A stretch of 64,000 nt of DNA, from the NCBI GenBank assembly GCA_038087875.1, contig JAXLNO010004395.1, forward strand, positions 1-64,000, given 5' to 3'. The notes beneath the pieces are model-generated. The model saw nothing but the letters and a program-made list of their open reading frames with translations, ran no database searches and was not told the DNA's origin. Shown piece after piece: positions 13,432 through 27,427 of this stretch (position 1 is its first letter; the number at the start of each line of letters is the position of its first letter). The stretch comes from Malacoraja senta. Its lineage: Eukaryota. Made by a program: the position numbers and the translations under genes.

Positions 13432-15357
13432 GGTTTAAGGTGAGGAGGAAGATTTAGTAGGAACCTGAGAGGCAACCTTTTCTACTAAGAGGTTACTGGG
13501 TGTATGGAATGAGCTGCCAGCGAAGGTAGAATAACAACATTGAAAAGACACTTGGACAGGTACATGGATAGAACATGTTGAGAGGAAAGTGGGCCAAACG
13601 CTGGCAAATGTGACTAACCTAAATGTAGCATCTTGTTCAGCTAGGAGCATTAGGCTGAAGTACCTACTTCCATGCTATATGGCTCCATGACTCTTTGTTA
13701 GATGAACATAAACATGGCAAATGGAGTTTAATAATGGAAAATATGTGCTCACACACTCTGGTAAGATCAATTAAAAGAAGCTATTATCTAAATGGAGTGA
13801 GATTGCAAATGAGTGGAGTACAAGAGATTCAAGTGCTTAAAGTGCAAAACAAAAAGCCAGCAGGTAGATGCAGCACACAACGCAGAATGTGATTAGCATT
13901 CAAAGTAGGTTACTATTGTAATTATGGTACATGATGTTGCTAAGGACATATCAGGAGCACTGTGCACAGCTTGGTCCTCAAATTTAAGAAAGGATATATT
14001 AATATTGGATATCAGCTAGAAGAGATTTCTGGAATAAGCAAGTGTGAATGGCTGAAATCACTGGTTCTGTGTCCCTTGGAGATGACAAGAAACAGAGTTA
14101 ACCTTATGAATGTATTAAAGAGGCATGATGTGGTGGTGAATTGATGGATAATGCGTGGATATATTCTAAAAGAACAGGGAATTGTGTCTTATGTGGAATA
14201 AGCACAGTAAAGGAGTTGAGGCCTCAGTCATATCAGTTGTTATCAACATAAATTGCTAGATAGCTCTAATTTGTACAAATGCAGGGCAGTCTATTGAGAA
14301 TTTCTGTCATGTTTGATAAACTTAATTTAACCCTTTCCATTTATTTCAGTTCCTGCATTTTAATCACATCCATGAAATCTTCTACTCAGCGATTGGTTAG
14401 CAGTGCACGTTCTGCTTTGGTTGAATATTTTGATAATCTGAGGAGGGAAATTAAATATTAGACAACAAAGAAATGGCATAGCAGAGAACAGAACTCAGAA
14501 AGATGCAACTAGTTTATTCGCTTTAACTGTTGATTCATCCCACATAACATCTTCCTTCCAGATATAAAGGCACAGCGCCAGACACCTGGGTTTGATCCTG
14601 ACCACGGGTGATGTCTGTATGGAATTTGTACCTTCTCCCTGTGACTGCATAGGTTTTCTCCAGGTGCTCCAGTTTCCTCCCACATTCCAAAGACAGATGT
14701 GCAGGTTTGTAGGTTAATTGACTTGTGTCCCTAGCTTATGTGGGTGATCGTTGGTTGGTGCGGACTCATGTTCAGCACAAACGTTGTTGGACAAAGGACC
14801 TGTTCCTCTATTACAGGGGCATTCCCATTCACCGTAAAATTCAGCGAACTCAGCACCATTGGGTCACTGGAAATATTCCCTGCCTGACCATCAGATCCCT
14901 CCAGATCAGTCGGACAGACACCAGTTAGGCAGCATCTGCCTGCAAATGATTCATGTCCCTCAAACCCCTGCATCTCCATGCACCCACGAAGGTGCACCCC
15001 AGACGCCACCATCCCTGGCAGTGCTTTCCAGGCACACACCATAGTATGTAATAAAAACTTGCCCTTTTTAAAAAACTGCAGCTTCTACGCTGCACTGAAT
15101 ATAATGCAATAATTTAAATGCCATAGTAGGTATTTAGTTAATAGGGATAACTTTAGTCAATTGGGAGGTGTGATTGCAAATCTTGTACAATATCATAAAC
15201 CAAGTAAAATGTGACAAAGTCAAAATGGCCAGGCACAAAGAACAGAATAATCATGAACATCAATAACATGTCAATAACTAGACTCTCCTTGTGGCAGCAT
15301 GCTGTAAGGTTGCAAACTCGTTTGCTCCCTTAACTTTTAACTTCCACTGACCACTCT

Positions 15358-15358
<1 letters not shown>

Positions 15359-15390
<32 letters not shown>

Positions 15391-15930
15391 CCTTTATTGT
15401 CATCTTGCAAGCAACAGTTGTACAGTGCAAAATGAAAAGACGTTTCCCAGGGAATACCGGAGCATCGCACATGAAATTTAAAACATTTCACACAAAATAA
15501 CACTAAAAACAATCCAGTCACTGATGGAACAGTATAAATAGTTAAAAAGTAGGTAAAACTACAACGTTAAAATACAGTAAACCAATCATAAAGATGTCCG
15601 GGGCAGCTGATTTGAGTGGCCAGTGCCAGTTATTGAAGTGGCCAGTGCCAGTTATTAAAGTGTCCGTGCCAAGCCGCAGAATCAGGTGACTGTGAGTACA
15701 GAGTGGCTGTTTAGCAGCCTCACAGCATATGGCAGGAAGCTGTTTAGCAGTCTTGTAGTCCGGGCTTTGATGCTGCGATATCTCTTGCCTGATGGCAGGA
15801 GATCCAGGTGTATGTGGAGGGGGTGCAGTTTGTCCTTAGCAATTCTCTGAGCTTTTTTCAGGCAGCGGCTCTGGAACAGTTCTTGTTCCGAGGGTAGGGA
15901 GACGCCAATGATGCTCTCTGCTCCCCTCAC
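15359..15930 (-). mobile_element. Rex/Babar LINE 3' fragment with a (TTGA)n tail
   Basis: ORF 15682-15930 HPLHIHLDLLPSGKRYRSIKARTTRLLNSF; (TCAA)n at 15359-15390. Confidence 0.8.
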
Positions 15931-15989
15931 TACCCTTTCAATGTTACTGGTGACTATTTGACTTCAAGACACCGTCTAACTGTTCATAA

Positions 15990-18900
15990 AGTGTTGATAA
16001 CACTTTTACACGCCTTAATCGTGAAAAGGATGGAGACAAGAAGGAAAGGATGATCCCCAAAGAAGGAACTGGGGAAAGCCATAACCACAGCTGCAGCTTC
16101 TGATTCCAGCATCATAGAAGCAATATCGAAAATGAACGATGAATTGAAAAATGAGCTGAAAAATGAAATGAAAACAAGATTTGGCAGTTTGGAAGAAATG
16201 GTGAAAGGAGTTTCGACCAAATTGAAGGAAGTCCAAGGAGAACTGTCTTTGTTACAAGATGAACTTCGTGAACAAAAGGATCAAATTGATATCTTGCGCA
16301 CCCTGGGACAGGAGAGAGATTTGAAGATTGAAAAATTGGAACGGAGAACGAATGAAAACACTCGAGCACTTCAGCAATACAAGTCTAAATATATGGACTT
16401 AGAAAACAGAAGCCGTCGTTTGAATTGACGAATTGTTGGTTTGCCGGAAGGCCAAGAAGGAAATAACATTATAAAATATGCTTCTAAAATGATAAAGGAA
16501 ACATTCAACATTGAGCACAATGAAAACCTTCCGTTCCTGGATAAGGCACACAGGATTGGGAAGAAATCCGGTAATAAACCGAGACACTTGATCATTCGGT
16601 TTCATTTTTTTCAAATGAAGGAGAATATTCTCCAGGTTTTTCTTGTTTTTCATATTTTGACCTTGGATAATAATAAGCAGCATTCCATGCCAGTCTGCCA
16701 GTCTGTATTTTTTTTTTCTTCTCTCTCAAAGAGATAATAACGAATGTGTTATGACGTAGTGGTTAAATAATATTATTTTTATGCTGAGCACTGTTACTGG
16801 GAGAGATGGGATTGGGGAGGGGATTAGGTAGTTTGCTGACTGTCTTTTGGTCAGTTTGGGGTTCTACAGGGGTGGGAGGGGGGAAGGGGGAGGGGTCTTT
16901 TTTTCCCCATTTGTGCAAATTCTGAACTACAAAATTGGCTGAAATGTCGTCACTTCCGGCTCCGCCCTAGATTTTTCTTCTTCCAGTATTATGAACCTTT
17001 TAGGCTTCAAGAAATTAACCCATTACATCCCACATGATTTTTACAAGCAATATGGATAAAGTTACTAATTTCCTTTCATGGAATGTGAATGGCTTGAACC
17101 ATCCCATTAAGAGGATTTCTTTTTAAAGTTCTTCACAGACTAAATGCTCAGATTATCTTTGTTCAGGAAACTCATGTAAGGCAAGATGACAAGTCACGAT
17201 TTTTCAGGTTTTGGAGAGGACAGCAGTTCCATTCAAATTCACAGGCTAAGGTGAAAGGAGTCTCTATTTTTATTGACTCCTCAATTCCGTTTGTTCACCA
17301 TGAAACAATTTCTGATCCATATGGCAGATTCTTGGTGATTACCAGTGTCCTTTATAGGCAAAAAGTCATATGGTGAATGTCTATGCACCAAATATTGATC
17401 ACCCTGAGTTTTTTAAACAGTTAATTGCATCCTTTCCCAATTTAAATGAACACTTTTTAATAATGGGTGGAAACTTCAATTGCTGTTTGAATCCCTTGAT
17501 TGATAGGTCTACATCTGATCATGTGCTTCCAAATAAATCAGCTAATTTTATTAATTCTTTTTTACTTGACTCGGGAATGTTAGAAATTTTGAGATTCTTA
17601 CACGCAAACGACAAAGAATTTTCATTTTTCTCTCATGTATATCATAGTTATTCTAGGATCGACTATTTTATACTAGATTCTCGGCTAGTTCCATCGGTCA
17701 TTGCATGTGAGTATGATGCAATTGCTATTTCTGATCATGCACCAGTGAAACTATTGATCAAACTACCTGATTCCAAGTTTAGTGCTAAACAATGGCGATT
17801 TAATGCTACTTTGCTTCAAGACAAACTTTATTAAGTTTATGAAAGATCAGATTGCTTTTTACTTCTTGACAAACTCTAATGAAGAGATATCCAATGGTAT
17901 AGTTTGGGATGCTTTTAAGGCATATATTCGTGGACAAATTATTTCATACTCCGCGGGATTAAAAAAACAAACACAAAAAGAAATACGCACATTGGCTGAC
18001 GAGATTAAAGAAATTGATAAAAAATATTCAAAACTCCTAGTTTAGAGCTCTATAAGAATAGAGTTGAACTTCAATTGAGATATGATTTGTTATTAGTATC
18101 ACCGATTGAGAACCAGTTACTTAAAACCAAAAGTCAATTTTATATAAATGGCGAAAAATCTGGTAAATTACTTGCTAATCAATTGAGGCAGTGTCGGCCA
18201 AGCGTCAGATTACTAAAGTGAGTAAACGGGATGGTACAGTAACTGTAGACCATGACGAAATTAATAAATCCTTTCAGGAATTTTATACCTCCCTATCCCA
18301 ATCAGATTTTCCTACTGATTCCAATATAATGCATGAGTTTTTAAAGAAGCTGAACTTACCAAATTTACCATACAATAAGTCTCTGTTGTTAGATGAACCC
18401 ATCACGGAAGAAGAAATACAGAAAGCAATTTTTTCAATGAATTCTGGTAAAGCTCCCAGTTTAGATGGGTTTACAGTAGAATTTTTAAAGTATTTCTCAA
18501 ATTTATTGTCTCCATGGCTATGCAAGGTATTTAAAGATGCCTTTTTAAGGAATAGATTACCACAATCTTTTTATGAAGCTTCTATTTCTTTAATTTAAAA
18601 AAAGATAAAGCCCCTACTGAAGTGACATCATATAGACCTATATCAATGTGAAATGTAGATTTGAAAATTAGTTCCTAAATATTACCTATGAGATTGGAAA
18701 AGATTTTACCGCAAATTATCTCCGAAGATCAGACAGGTTTTATTAAAAATCGTTACTCATTCTTTAATGTTAGGAGATTAATAAATATTGTACATACAGC
18801 GTCTAATAAAACCCCAGAATGTGTCATCTCACTTGATACCGAGAAGGCTATTGATAGAGTAGAATGGAATACTTATTCAATATACTTGAAAAAGTTAAGA

Positions 18901-21235
18901 TTGGTCCAAAATTTATCTCTTGGATCAAACTGCTATATCTTATACCTCAGGCTTCTGTATTTACTAATAATCAGAGATCCCCTTTTTTCAGGCTCTTTCA
19001 AGGTACTAGACAGGGCTGTCCCTTAAGTCCTTTACTATTTCATATTGCTTTGGAAACTTTAGCCACTGCTATTAGGCAATCCCCTAATATTTTTGGTATT
19101 GTCCGCGGGAATAAGACACATAAGCTATCTCTTTATGCAGATGATCTGTTATTATTTATTTCTAACCCTGAGAAATCTATTCCGGCAATAGTAGCATTAC
19201 TTAATCAATTCAGTAGTTTTTCTGGTTATAAACTAAATCTTAGTAAGAGTGAGCTTTCCCATTAAATAATTTTGTTTCGAGTTATGGACAGTTTCCATTT
19301 AGATTGACTACCGAAAGTTTTACTTATTTAGGTATTAAGATCACCAAGAAACACAAGGATTTATTTAAAGTTAATTTTATTCCTTTAATTGACCATATTA
19401 AACATCAGTTCACTAAATGGTCACCAATGTCCTTATCCTTAATTGGCCGAATCAATGCTATTAAAATGTTCATTTAACCTAAATTTCTGTATTTATTTCA
19501 GACGATACCAATTTTTATTGCCAAATCTTTCTTTGATATTATAGACTCTAAAATTTCTTCATATATATGGCAGAATAAAAATCCCAGACTAGGTAAAAAA
19601 TACCTACAGAAATCAAAAAAAGTTGGTGGTTTGGCATTGCCGAACCTTAGACTCTACTATTGGGCAATCAATGTTCATTATTTAACATTTTGGACAAAAG
19701 ATTTAGAAGATACCCAATGCTATAATTGGCTTCTATTCTAGGGACCTCGTTACCTTTTACAATTACGAGATTGAATAAATATATGACAAACCCAATAATA
19801 AGACATACGTTCCGAATACGGTTTCAATTTCATAAGTTTTTTTGACTATCTGATTTTATCCAAATTTCTCTTCCAACCATCTAGTACTGATCAAGTTTTT
19901 TTGTTATGGAAGAGGAAGGGATTAGTAGCTTTTCGTGAGTTGTTTTTGGAGTGTTGTTTTATGTCTTTCGAACAACTCTCCAATAAATATAACTTACCTA
20001 ATTCACACTTTTTTAGATATTTACAAATTAGACAAAAGGAACTACCTCTTTTTCCGCTACCACATCAACCCGAAATTTTGGATTTTTTTTTACAGTTGAA
20101 CCCTTATCAGAAAGGATTAATAACGACTATTCATGAGTTGATTTTAAAATTACAAATAGATACATTTGATAAAATTAATAATGACTGGGAAAGAGAACTC
20201 CAAATGTCTATCTATAGAGAAATGGGAGAGGATCCTTCAATTAGTTAATACCTCTTCAATGTGTGCAAGACACACTTTAATACAATTCAAGGTGGTTCAC
20301 AGAGCTCATATGTCAAAAGATAAGTTAGCTCGTTTCTATGGTCATATAAATCCTACCTGTGACATATGTATCTCTGAAGTGGCATCACTGACCCATATGT
20401 TTTGGTCCTGCCCTCTTTTGGAAAAATATTGGGAAGACATTTTTGATACTATTTCGGTAGTCTTATGTATAGATTTACAACCTCATCCTATTACTGCAAT
20501 TTTGGGGTTACCAATGTTAGATTCTATTCATTTGTCCCTCTCCGCCCATCGGTTGATTGCTTTTACCACATTAATTGCCAGAAGATTTATTTTCATTAAA
20601 TGGAAAGATTCCAACCCTCCGACCACACTCCAGTGGTATTCTGAAACGATATAATGTATAAATTTAGAAAAAATCAGAAGTGACATTGTTGAACCCTTGG
20701 TTAAATTTGATAAGACTTGGGGAAAATTTATTGAACACTTTCATACAACATAAATTGTTCCCTCTTTAACCTTTATAAACATTATTTTACCTTCTTAGGG
20801 TGGAATGGACTTGACGACAAACAGACTTAAATTGTTGAATTTCTCAGTTCAGATTCGGTNNNNNNNNNNNNNNNNNNNNNNNNNNNNNNNNNNNNNNNNN
20901 NNNNNNNNNNNNNNNNNNNNNNNNNNNNNNNNNNNNNNNNNNNNNNNNNNNNNNNNNNNNNNNNNNNNNNNNNNNNNNNNNNNNNNNNNNNNNNTTACAT
21001 TCATGTTTCCTTTTAAAGATTTAACTATATTAACATAGAGACCGAGAGGTCTATATTCAATGTGTATTTTGACACTGGTCTCATATTAGTTTATACCTGT
21101 TATTAATGTGTTTAATCCTGATCCCTATGTATCAATACCATTGTTATGTTTATCATTATTCTTTTTGCTCTGTTTTTTATGTTTTATTTTTGTTTTTGTT
21201 TTTTGGAAAAAAAACAATAAAAAGATTTTAAAAGA
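15990..21235 (+). mobile_element. Degraded L1/Tx1-clade LINE (ORF1 partly deleted, ORF2 fragmented)
   Basis: ORF1 coiled coil plus DLENRSRRLN*RIVGLPE...AHRIG...PRHLIIRF (16132-16634). ORF2 starts at ATG 17052 (LSWNVNGL), followed by VNVYAPN, SRIDY, SDHAP, QGTRQGCPLSP, YADD and C-terminal CCHC-type HMFWSCP. A-rich 3' end near 21210-21235. Confidence 0.92.
20860..20994. other. Assembly gap (135 N)
   Basis: Run of N inside the L1 3' UTR. Confidence 1.
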
Positions 21236-23711
21236 AAGGTACTGAATAAAAAAGTTGGGATGTTCTGCTACAGTTGTACAAGATGTTGGTGAGGCCACAT
21301 TTGGAGTATTGTGTTAAGTTTTGGTCACTCCACTATCGGAAGGATGTCATTAACAGGGCCTGTGATTCAGGGAGAGGCAGAGAATGCTTGGACTTTAGTC
21401 CTTGGCACGCAAGAGGCTGAGGGGTGATCTTATAGAAGTTTATAAAATCAAGGAGCATAGATAGATTGAATGCACAGAATCTTTTAACCAGCCTTATGTA
21501 ATCAAGAACCAGAGGACTTAGGTTTAAGGTGAGAAGGAAACGAGTTACTCGGAACCAGAGGAAGTGGAAATATGGAAGAACATTCCAGGGGAAGTAGTTG
21601 AGGCAGGTATTAAAAAACATTTTAGAACACACTTGGACAGGTACATGCTGTAGATAGGAAAGGTTCAGTGAGATATGGGTCAATTGCAGGTAAATTGTAG
21701 TTTAAACATGGCATCTTGGTTGGCATGGCCAAGTTGAGGCAAAGGGCCCATTTCCATGCCATATGACTCTATGGCTCCGTGGGCTTGAAAAGGCAATTCT
21801 TTTCTGTTTCACTGCTAAATGATAGTTAATCACCCTCAGTAATAGTGACCACAATGGCAGTCCCATGACCACGACTGGTTTAGTGATAATAAGCTAACCA
21901 TTGCCTCAGTTCAAATGTGCACGTTGTTGATGTTCAATGACTAAATTGTTGCTGCATTCTTAGTTTTGGCAAGGTGAGAAATGGCTTGGTTCTGATCTGG
22001 GTGCTGGAGCTGTTAGACATCTTGATACCATGAAAGCAGAACCTCCGTTTCAGGAAATATACTTGCTGAATGGTGTCTCAGACCAGCAATGCCGGGGAAC
22101 ATTGTATTTTGAAGAGGAAATATTACACAACCAAGGCCAAGTGCTCGAGAAAGCTGCATGTCTGTTATTTCAATGAAAACTCTGCTCTTCATCCATCTTG
22201 TCATTTTGATCACCCAGTTTATTTTATAATATTGTACAACATTTGCAATCAATTCTCAGCTTGTGACATTTACAGCTGGCGTGAAGATGCATCAGTCAAT
22301 ACCTTCTGTCTTCCAATTTAGTTTATTTAATAGAAAGATTGAAACATAAAAAAACAGGTGCAGGAATAGGCTATTCGGCCCTTTGAGCCAGCACCGCCAT
22401 TCAATACAATCATGGCTGATCATCCAAAATTAATACTCCGATCTGGCTTTTTCCCCATATCCCTTGACTCCCTTAGCCCTAAGAGCTAAATCTAACTCTC
22501 TCTTGAAAACAGTGATACAGTGTGTAAACAGGCCATTTGTGCCACCAAATCCATACTGACCAGCAATCACCCTTTCATAATAGATTTCCCATCCACCCCT
22601 ACACTATCAGGGTGACTTACCGAGGATGATTACCTGCACACCTGCTCATCTTTGGGATATGGGAGGAAACCGGAGCTCCCTGAGGAAGCCCACATAGTCA
22701 CAAGAGAATGTGCAAACTCCACGTAGACAGTACCCGAGGTCCAGATGGAACCTGGGTCTCTGGTGTTGTGAGGCAGCAGTTCTACCAGCTGCACTACCAT
22801 GCTGCATTATGTACAAACTCTAAATCCTACACTGACTTTCCCTTCCACTTGTTATATTCAACACAATAACTCCTTTACACAGGAGGAAAGTGAACTGCAA
22901 TTCATCACCAGAATATATCTTACAACAGTGTGATCACAGGCAAGAAACCAGTGATATAGATGACTGAATTTACACTAAAACCCTGATCATCCAGCTCTCT
23001 TGGGATTTGGGAAATGGTAGATTTTAAGGACTGCTGCATGTTACTCCAAACATACTTTAATTCAACTAATTTAAGCACTTGTTGAGCAAGTCAGTGGTTG
23101 AGGTGCATCTGTACACTACTATCAGACTTAAGCGGAGGAATACCCATTGTAATTTGCCTGAAGAGTCTCGAACCAGATTGTCACCTATCCATGGTCTCCT
23201 GGGATGTTGCCTGACCTGCTGAGTTACTATAGCACTGTCCCTCACAGTCTTTCCCAATCTTATAAATCAAAAATAGTCAGCATCTTTCTACATCATAAAG
23301 AGTCATGGAAATATGCAGCATACAAACATGGCCTTTGTCCCACTGACCTGCACCAACCATTCATGTACACTAATCCTACATTTGTCGCACATTCTCATCA
23401 GCTCTCCACACATTGTATCATGTACAATCTAGGGGACAACTAACCTACCAAACCATGTTTTGGGGATGTGGGAGGAAACCAGAGCACCTGGGGAAACCCA
23501 CAGGAACAACATGCAAACTCTACAGATACAACAGCCGATGTCGGTATTTAATTCAGGTCTCTGGCTCTGTGCTGTCCTGTTTCACATTGTAGTCCACCTG
23601 TCATGTTGTTGCTCATTCATTCGGCTTTCCACCTTGAACCATTTCTCCCACTACTCACATTCCCACTTAATTTGGAGTTTTCCAGCAACAGCGGCCTTGG
23701 TGGCAGCTACT

Positions 23712-24005
23712 GTGTGCAGCGGTAGAGTTGCTGCCTTACAGTGCTTGCAGCACCGGAGACCCGGGTTCGATCCCGACTACTGATGCTGTCTGTATAGAGT
23801 TTGTACGTTCTCCCCATGACCGCGTGGGTTTTCTCCAAGATCTAAGGTTTCCTCCCACACTCCAAAGACGTACAGGTATGTAGGTTAATTGGCTTGGTGT
23901 GCGTGTATAGGATAGTGTTAATGTGCAGGGATCGCTGGTCAGCGCAAACTCGGTGGGCCGAAGGGCCTGTTTCGTTACTGTATCTCTAAATTAAACTAAA
24001 CAAAA
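23712..24005 (+). mobile_element. tRNA-derived SINE (HE1/V-SINE-like)
   Basis: A-box-like gcagcggtagag, B-box GGTTCGATCC, V-domain-like core (gggttttctcc...tttcctcccacactccaaagacg), CR1-like 3' end and (CTAAA)n tail. Many more copies occur in the window. Confidence 0.85.
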
Positions 24006-24645
24006 CTAGTAAACGATAAACTGCAACCAATCTGCCTCATAGCTGACTTGGATCATGAACAGTGCGAGCCCCCAACAGAGCAGCACAGTGTCACAACTCG
24101 TAGAGCTGCTGCCTCACAGCGACACAGACCCGGGTTCAATTTTGACCTTGAGTGCCATCTATGTGGAGTTTGCACGTTCTCCGTGTAACCGCATTGGATC
24201 CCTCCAGGGGCTCCGGTTTCCTCACACATCCTAAGATGTGTCAGTTTATAGTTTAATTGGCCACTGTAAATTGCCCCTAGTGGGTGGGTGACCGGATGAG
24301 AAGGTGCAATGAGATAGAATTCATGAGAACAGGTGAACAGGTGGTTGGCATGGACTCGGTGGGCCGAAAGGACTGCCCCCATGCTGTACTTTTTAATGAC
24401 TCAATGATATCTCTGGGATTTGGTGCAGTGAATCCATAATGTTTAACTTTTTTTTTTACACTGAATTCACAATTTTCAAATATCTGATCATCAGAAACAT
24501 TTAACAACAGCACAAAGGCTAGTTGACAGTGGTGACTGTCGAGGCATTTCATGTGTAGCTGCTGCCTTATCCTACTTGAGATCGATCATTTCTTCAAGCC
24601 CAATACCTTTACTAGCAACAGTGCATCACAATTTTTCCATCTTAC

Positions 24646-24753
24646 CTCTCCTCTTTTTTCTCCACCAAACAATTACTGCCAAGACAATAGCCAGCAATAT
24701 CAGCACACACGCGGCAATAAGGCCTATGTGCCTGTCTTTCTTGCTATTTCCTT
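24646..24753 (-). CDS. MHC class I exon 5 (connecting peptide, transmembrane helix, basic stop-transfer)
   Basis: 108 nt, acceptor ttcttatttttcag, donor G|gtaaga. EGNSKKDRHIGLIAACVLILLAIVLAVIVWWRKKRR; phase matches alpha3. Confidence 0.88.
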
Positions 24754-25332
24754 CTGAAAAATAAGAATGCATAATTTTACAAATCAATTGCTAAGCTGTG
24801 CAGCTAAATAGATGGGCACTGTCTGAAGACTTCAGGGTGAAGAAGGGTCTCGACCCAAAATGCCACCTATTCCTTTGCTCCAGAGATGTTACCTGACCGC
24901 TGAGTTACTCCAGCATTTTGTGTCTATCTTTGGCGCTTTTCAACATATATAAATATGTTGTTTTGAATCATGGAGTTCTGCAGCATGGCAAAGGGACAAT
25001 ATATGTTCTGTACAACTCTATGATCTATGGCACCATCACAGCCACAACTTAATTCATGAAAGAAGATGAATTGAAAGCAGAAAGATTTAACCCTATATAA
25101 ACTAACATCTGTTTTGGGAAAAATGCTGGATTCCTTTCAGTAATGGCAGAACATTTAAGTAATAACAAAACAATAAAGTGCATTAACAGGGCATTAACAG
25201 GAAAATTGTAGAAAGAAAGAGATGCAGATACTGATTTACACAAAAGCTTTAGTTTAGTTTATTGTCAAGAGTACTGAGGTACAGTGAAAAGCTTTTGTTT
25301 CATGCTAACCAGTCAGTGGAAAGAATATACAT

Positions 25333-25488
25333 GATAGACACAAAATGCTGGAGTAACTCAGCGGAATAGGCAACATCTCTGGCGAACATGGACTCAGTCA
25401 GAAGGATCGTGACCCGAAACATCACCTATTCTTTTTCTCCAGAAATGCTGCCTGACCAGCTGAGTTATTCCAGCAATTTGTGTCCATC
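25333..25488. mobile_element. Fold-back short element derived from the Penelope 3' end
   Basis: Arms GATAGACACAAAATGCTGGAGTAACTCAGC / GCTGAGTTATTCCAGCAATTTGTGTCCATC enclose a degenerate hammerhead motif. Confidence 0.75.
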
Positions 25489-25953
25489 TTCAGTGTAAAC
25501 CAGCATTTGCAGTTTCTCCCTACACATGGACAGGTGACATTTCGTTTACGGACCCTTCTTCAAACTTTGTTTGAGAAATTGATTAGAATTCTTTGAAAAT
25601 GCAACAGGAACCCGTAGACAATGTATATTTGAGCAGCAGTAGTTTGCAGGTGTGCACAGCCTAAAATTTAAAAACAAAATGATGGAAAAGCAGAATAGGT
25701 AACAAAATTGGAATGAGAAACAAAAGAAATACAATATATTGTAGAGATCCAAGCGTCGTGAACAAATCAATGTTTTTTTAAGAAATACAGTTTTGGCCCA
25801 CTCGCGTTTAGTAAGGACTTGAGCAAAGTTCCCACCGTTGTAATCGGGCGCACCAGTTGACTGGCGATTAACTCATCACCAACTCCCACCAAAACCCTGT
25901 CACTCACGTGATAGTCCCAGCTCCCCTGACGAGAGTTCTAGCAATAAGTGGCC

Positions 25954-25972
25954 TGACCACCAGATGTCGCCA
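25954..25972 (+). promoter_or_regulatory. Candidate CTCF site
   Basis: TGACCACCAGATGTCGCCA differs from the CCACCAGRKGGCGC core at one position; it lies in a CpG-richer non-repeat patch. Confidence 0.3.
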
Positions 25973-27427
25973 CAATATCTGGATTTTCATAAATTATCTG
26001 ATCAAGTGATGCAAAGGCACATGGCTTATGACATTGGGGGTAATAATTAGCATGAATGGAAAAACAATTAAGAGCAAGCAGAGTCTTAAAGGAGTGTTCT
26101 GGTTGGGAAACTGCAACTGCAGGATGGGAATCAATGCAAGAAAGTGAACTACTTATCGTTAGTATTAAGAGCAGATGAAGGGACTGGTGGTGCTGTAGCC
26201 TAGATTGCTGATGATACATAGATAGGTTGGAAATTAAGTTCTGGAGTATGTCAACAGTCTTCAGAGTGAAACATCAGATTCCTTAGTTGTGCATTGTTCG
26301 AGGGAATCTTCAAAAGTGAACATTTGTGTAGGTTAGTGCAGCATACCTGGAATCAAACTACTACGATCGCTGTTTGTCAGGCAGTTATATTTGTTGTTGC
26401 TGAAGCTGTAACTTGCGTCAGGGAACTTACTTCATTAGGTTTAGTTTTATTAATGTCAGATCTTTCAAGATACAGTGCAAAGGTTTGTTTTGTATGCTAT
26501 CCAAACAAATTAGATAATACTATAGATAAATAAAAAACTCAAAAACAATAGATAGAGCAAAGAGGAGGATACATAGTACAGAATATAGTTCTCAGCATTG
26601 TAACACATCAGTTCCATGGACAATGTTCAATGTTCAATGAGGTTGAGGTGAATCGCGCATTAAACCTACATTATGGAAGGACCCTTCCGAAGCCTGGTAA
26701 CAGGTGGAAACGGGGTGTTCCTGAGTCTGGCAGTGCTTATTTTCAACTTTCAGTACCTATTGCCTGATGGGAGCAGGAAGGAGGAATGTGAGAAAGGTGT
26801 GATAAGTCTCGTTTTCCAAGGCAACCTGGTGTAGATTGGGTCAACAGTGGGAACTCTGGCCTGTGTGATGATCTTTAACTCTTTGTATATTCTTGCAGTC
26901 TTGGGCAGTGCAGTTCCCAAATCAAGATGTGATGCAACCCAACAACATGCTTTCTCTAGCGGCATCTATAGATGTTTGCTGGAGTCACCAGAGACATGAT
27001 GAATATTCTCAGTCTCCTGAGGAAGTAGAGGTGTTGGTGTGCCTCCTTGGCTATGTGGTCAGTCCATGACCGAATATTGGATAAATTCATGCCAAGGAAC
27101 ACGAAGCTCTCAATCATTTCCACTTCAGACTATTGATTCAGATTGGGGCATGTACTCCCCCAGTGCCTTGCTGTTAATCACATCATGAGGAAAGATTCAT
27201 TTTATATTTAAACATACCTTTCATGGATATCAGTTCCACCACTGAGAATCCCAACTGCTCCTTCCTTGTATATTAGTTATTTATTTACTTACTTTTAATA
27301 AATTTTCTGTTGACAAAGTCTTCTGCTCATGTGGAGAGTGGGTGCTGATTACGTGATTACTTAGAGCAACACCACTAAACAAAGAAAGTTTAAGCATCTT
27401 GGAATATGGGATGTACTACATGCGATG

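Noticed and set aside
23712-23790. tRNA-like A/B boxes at SINE heads (many copies)
   Set aside because: These are SINE Pol III promoters fused to a V-domain body and LINE tail; there is no complete cloverleaf.
27215-27265. Possible extra exon between alpha3 and TM (AAG|gtatgt donor on the minus strand)
   Set aside because: Poor acceptor and an in-frame stop in phase 1.
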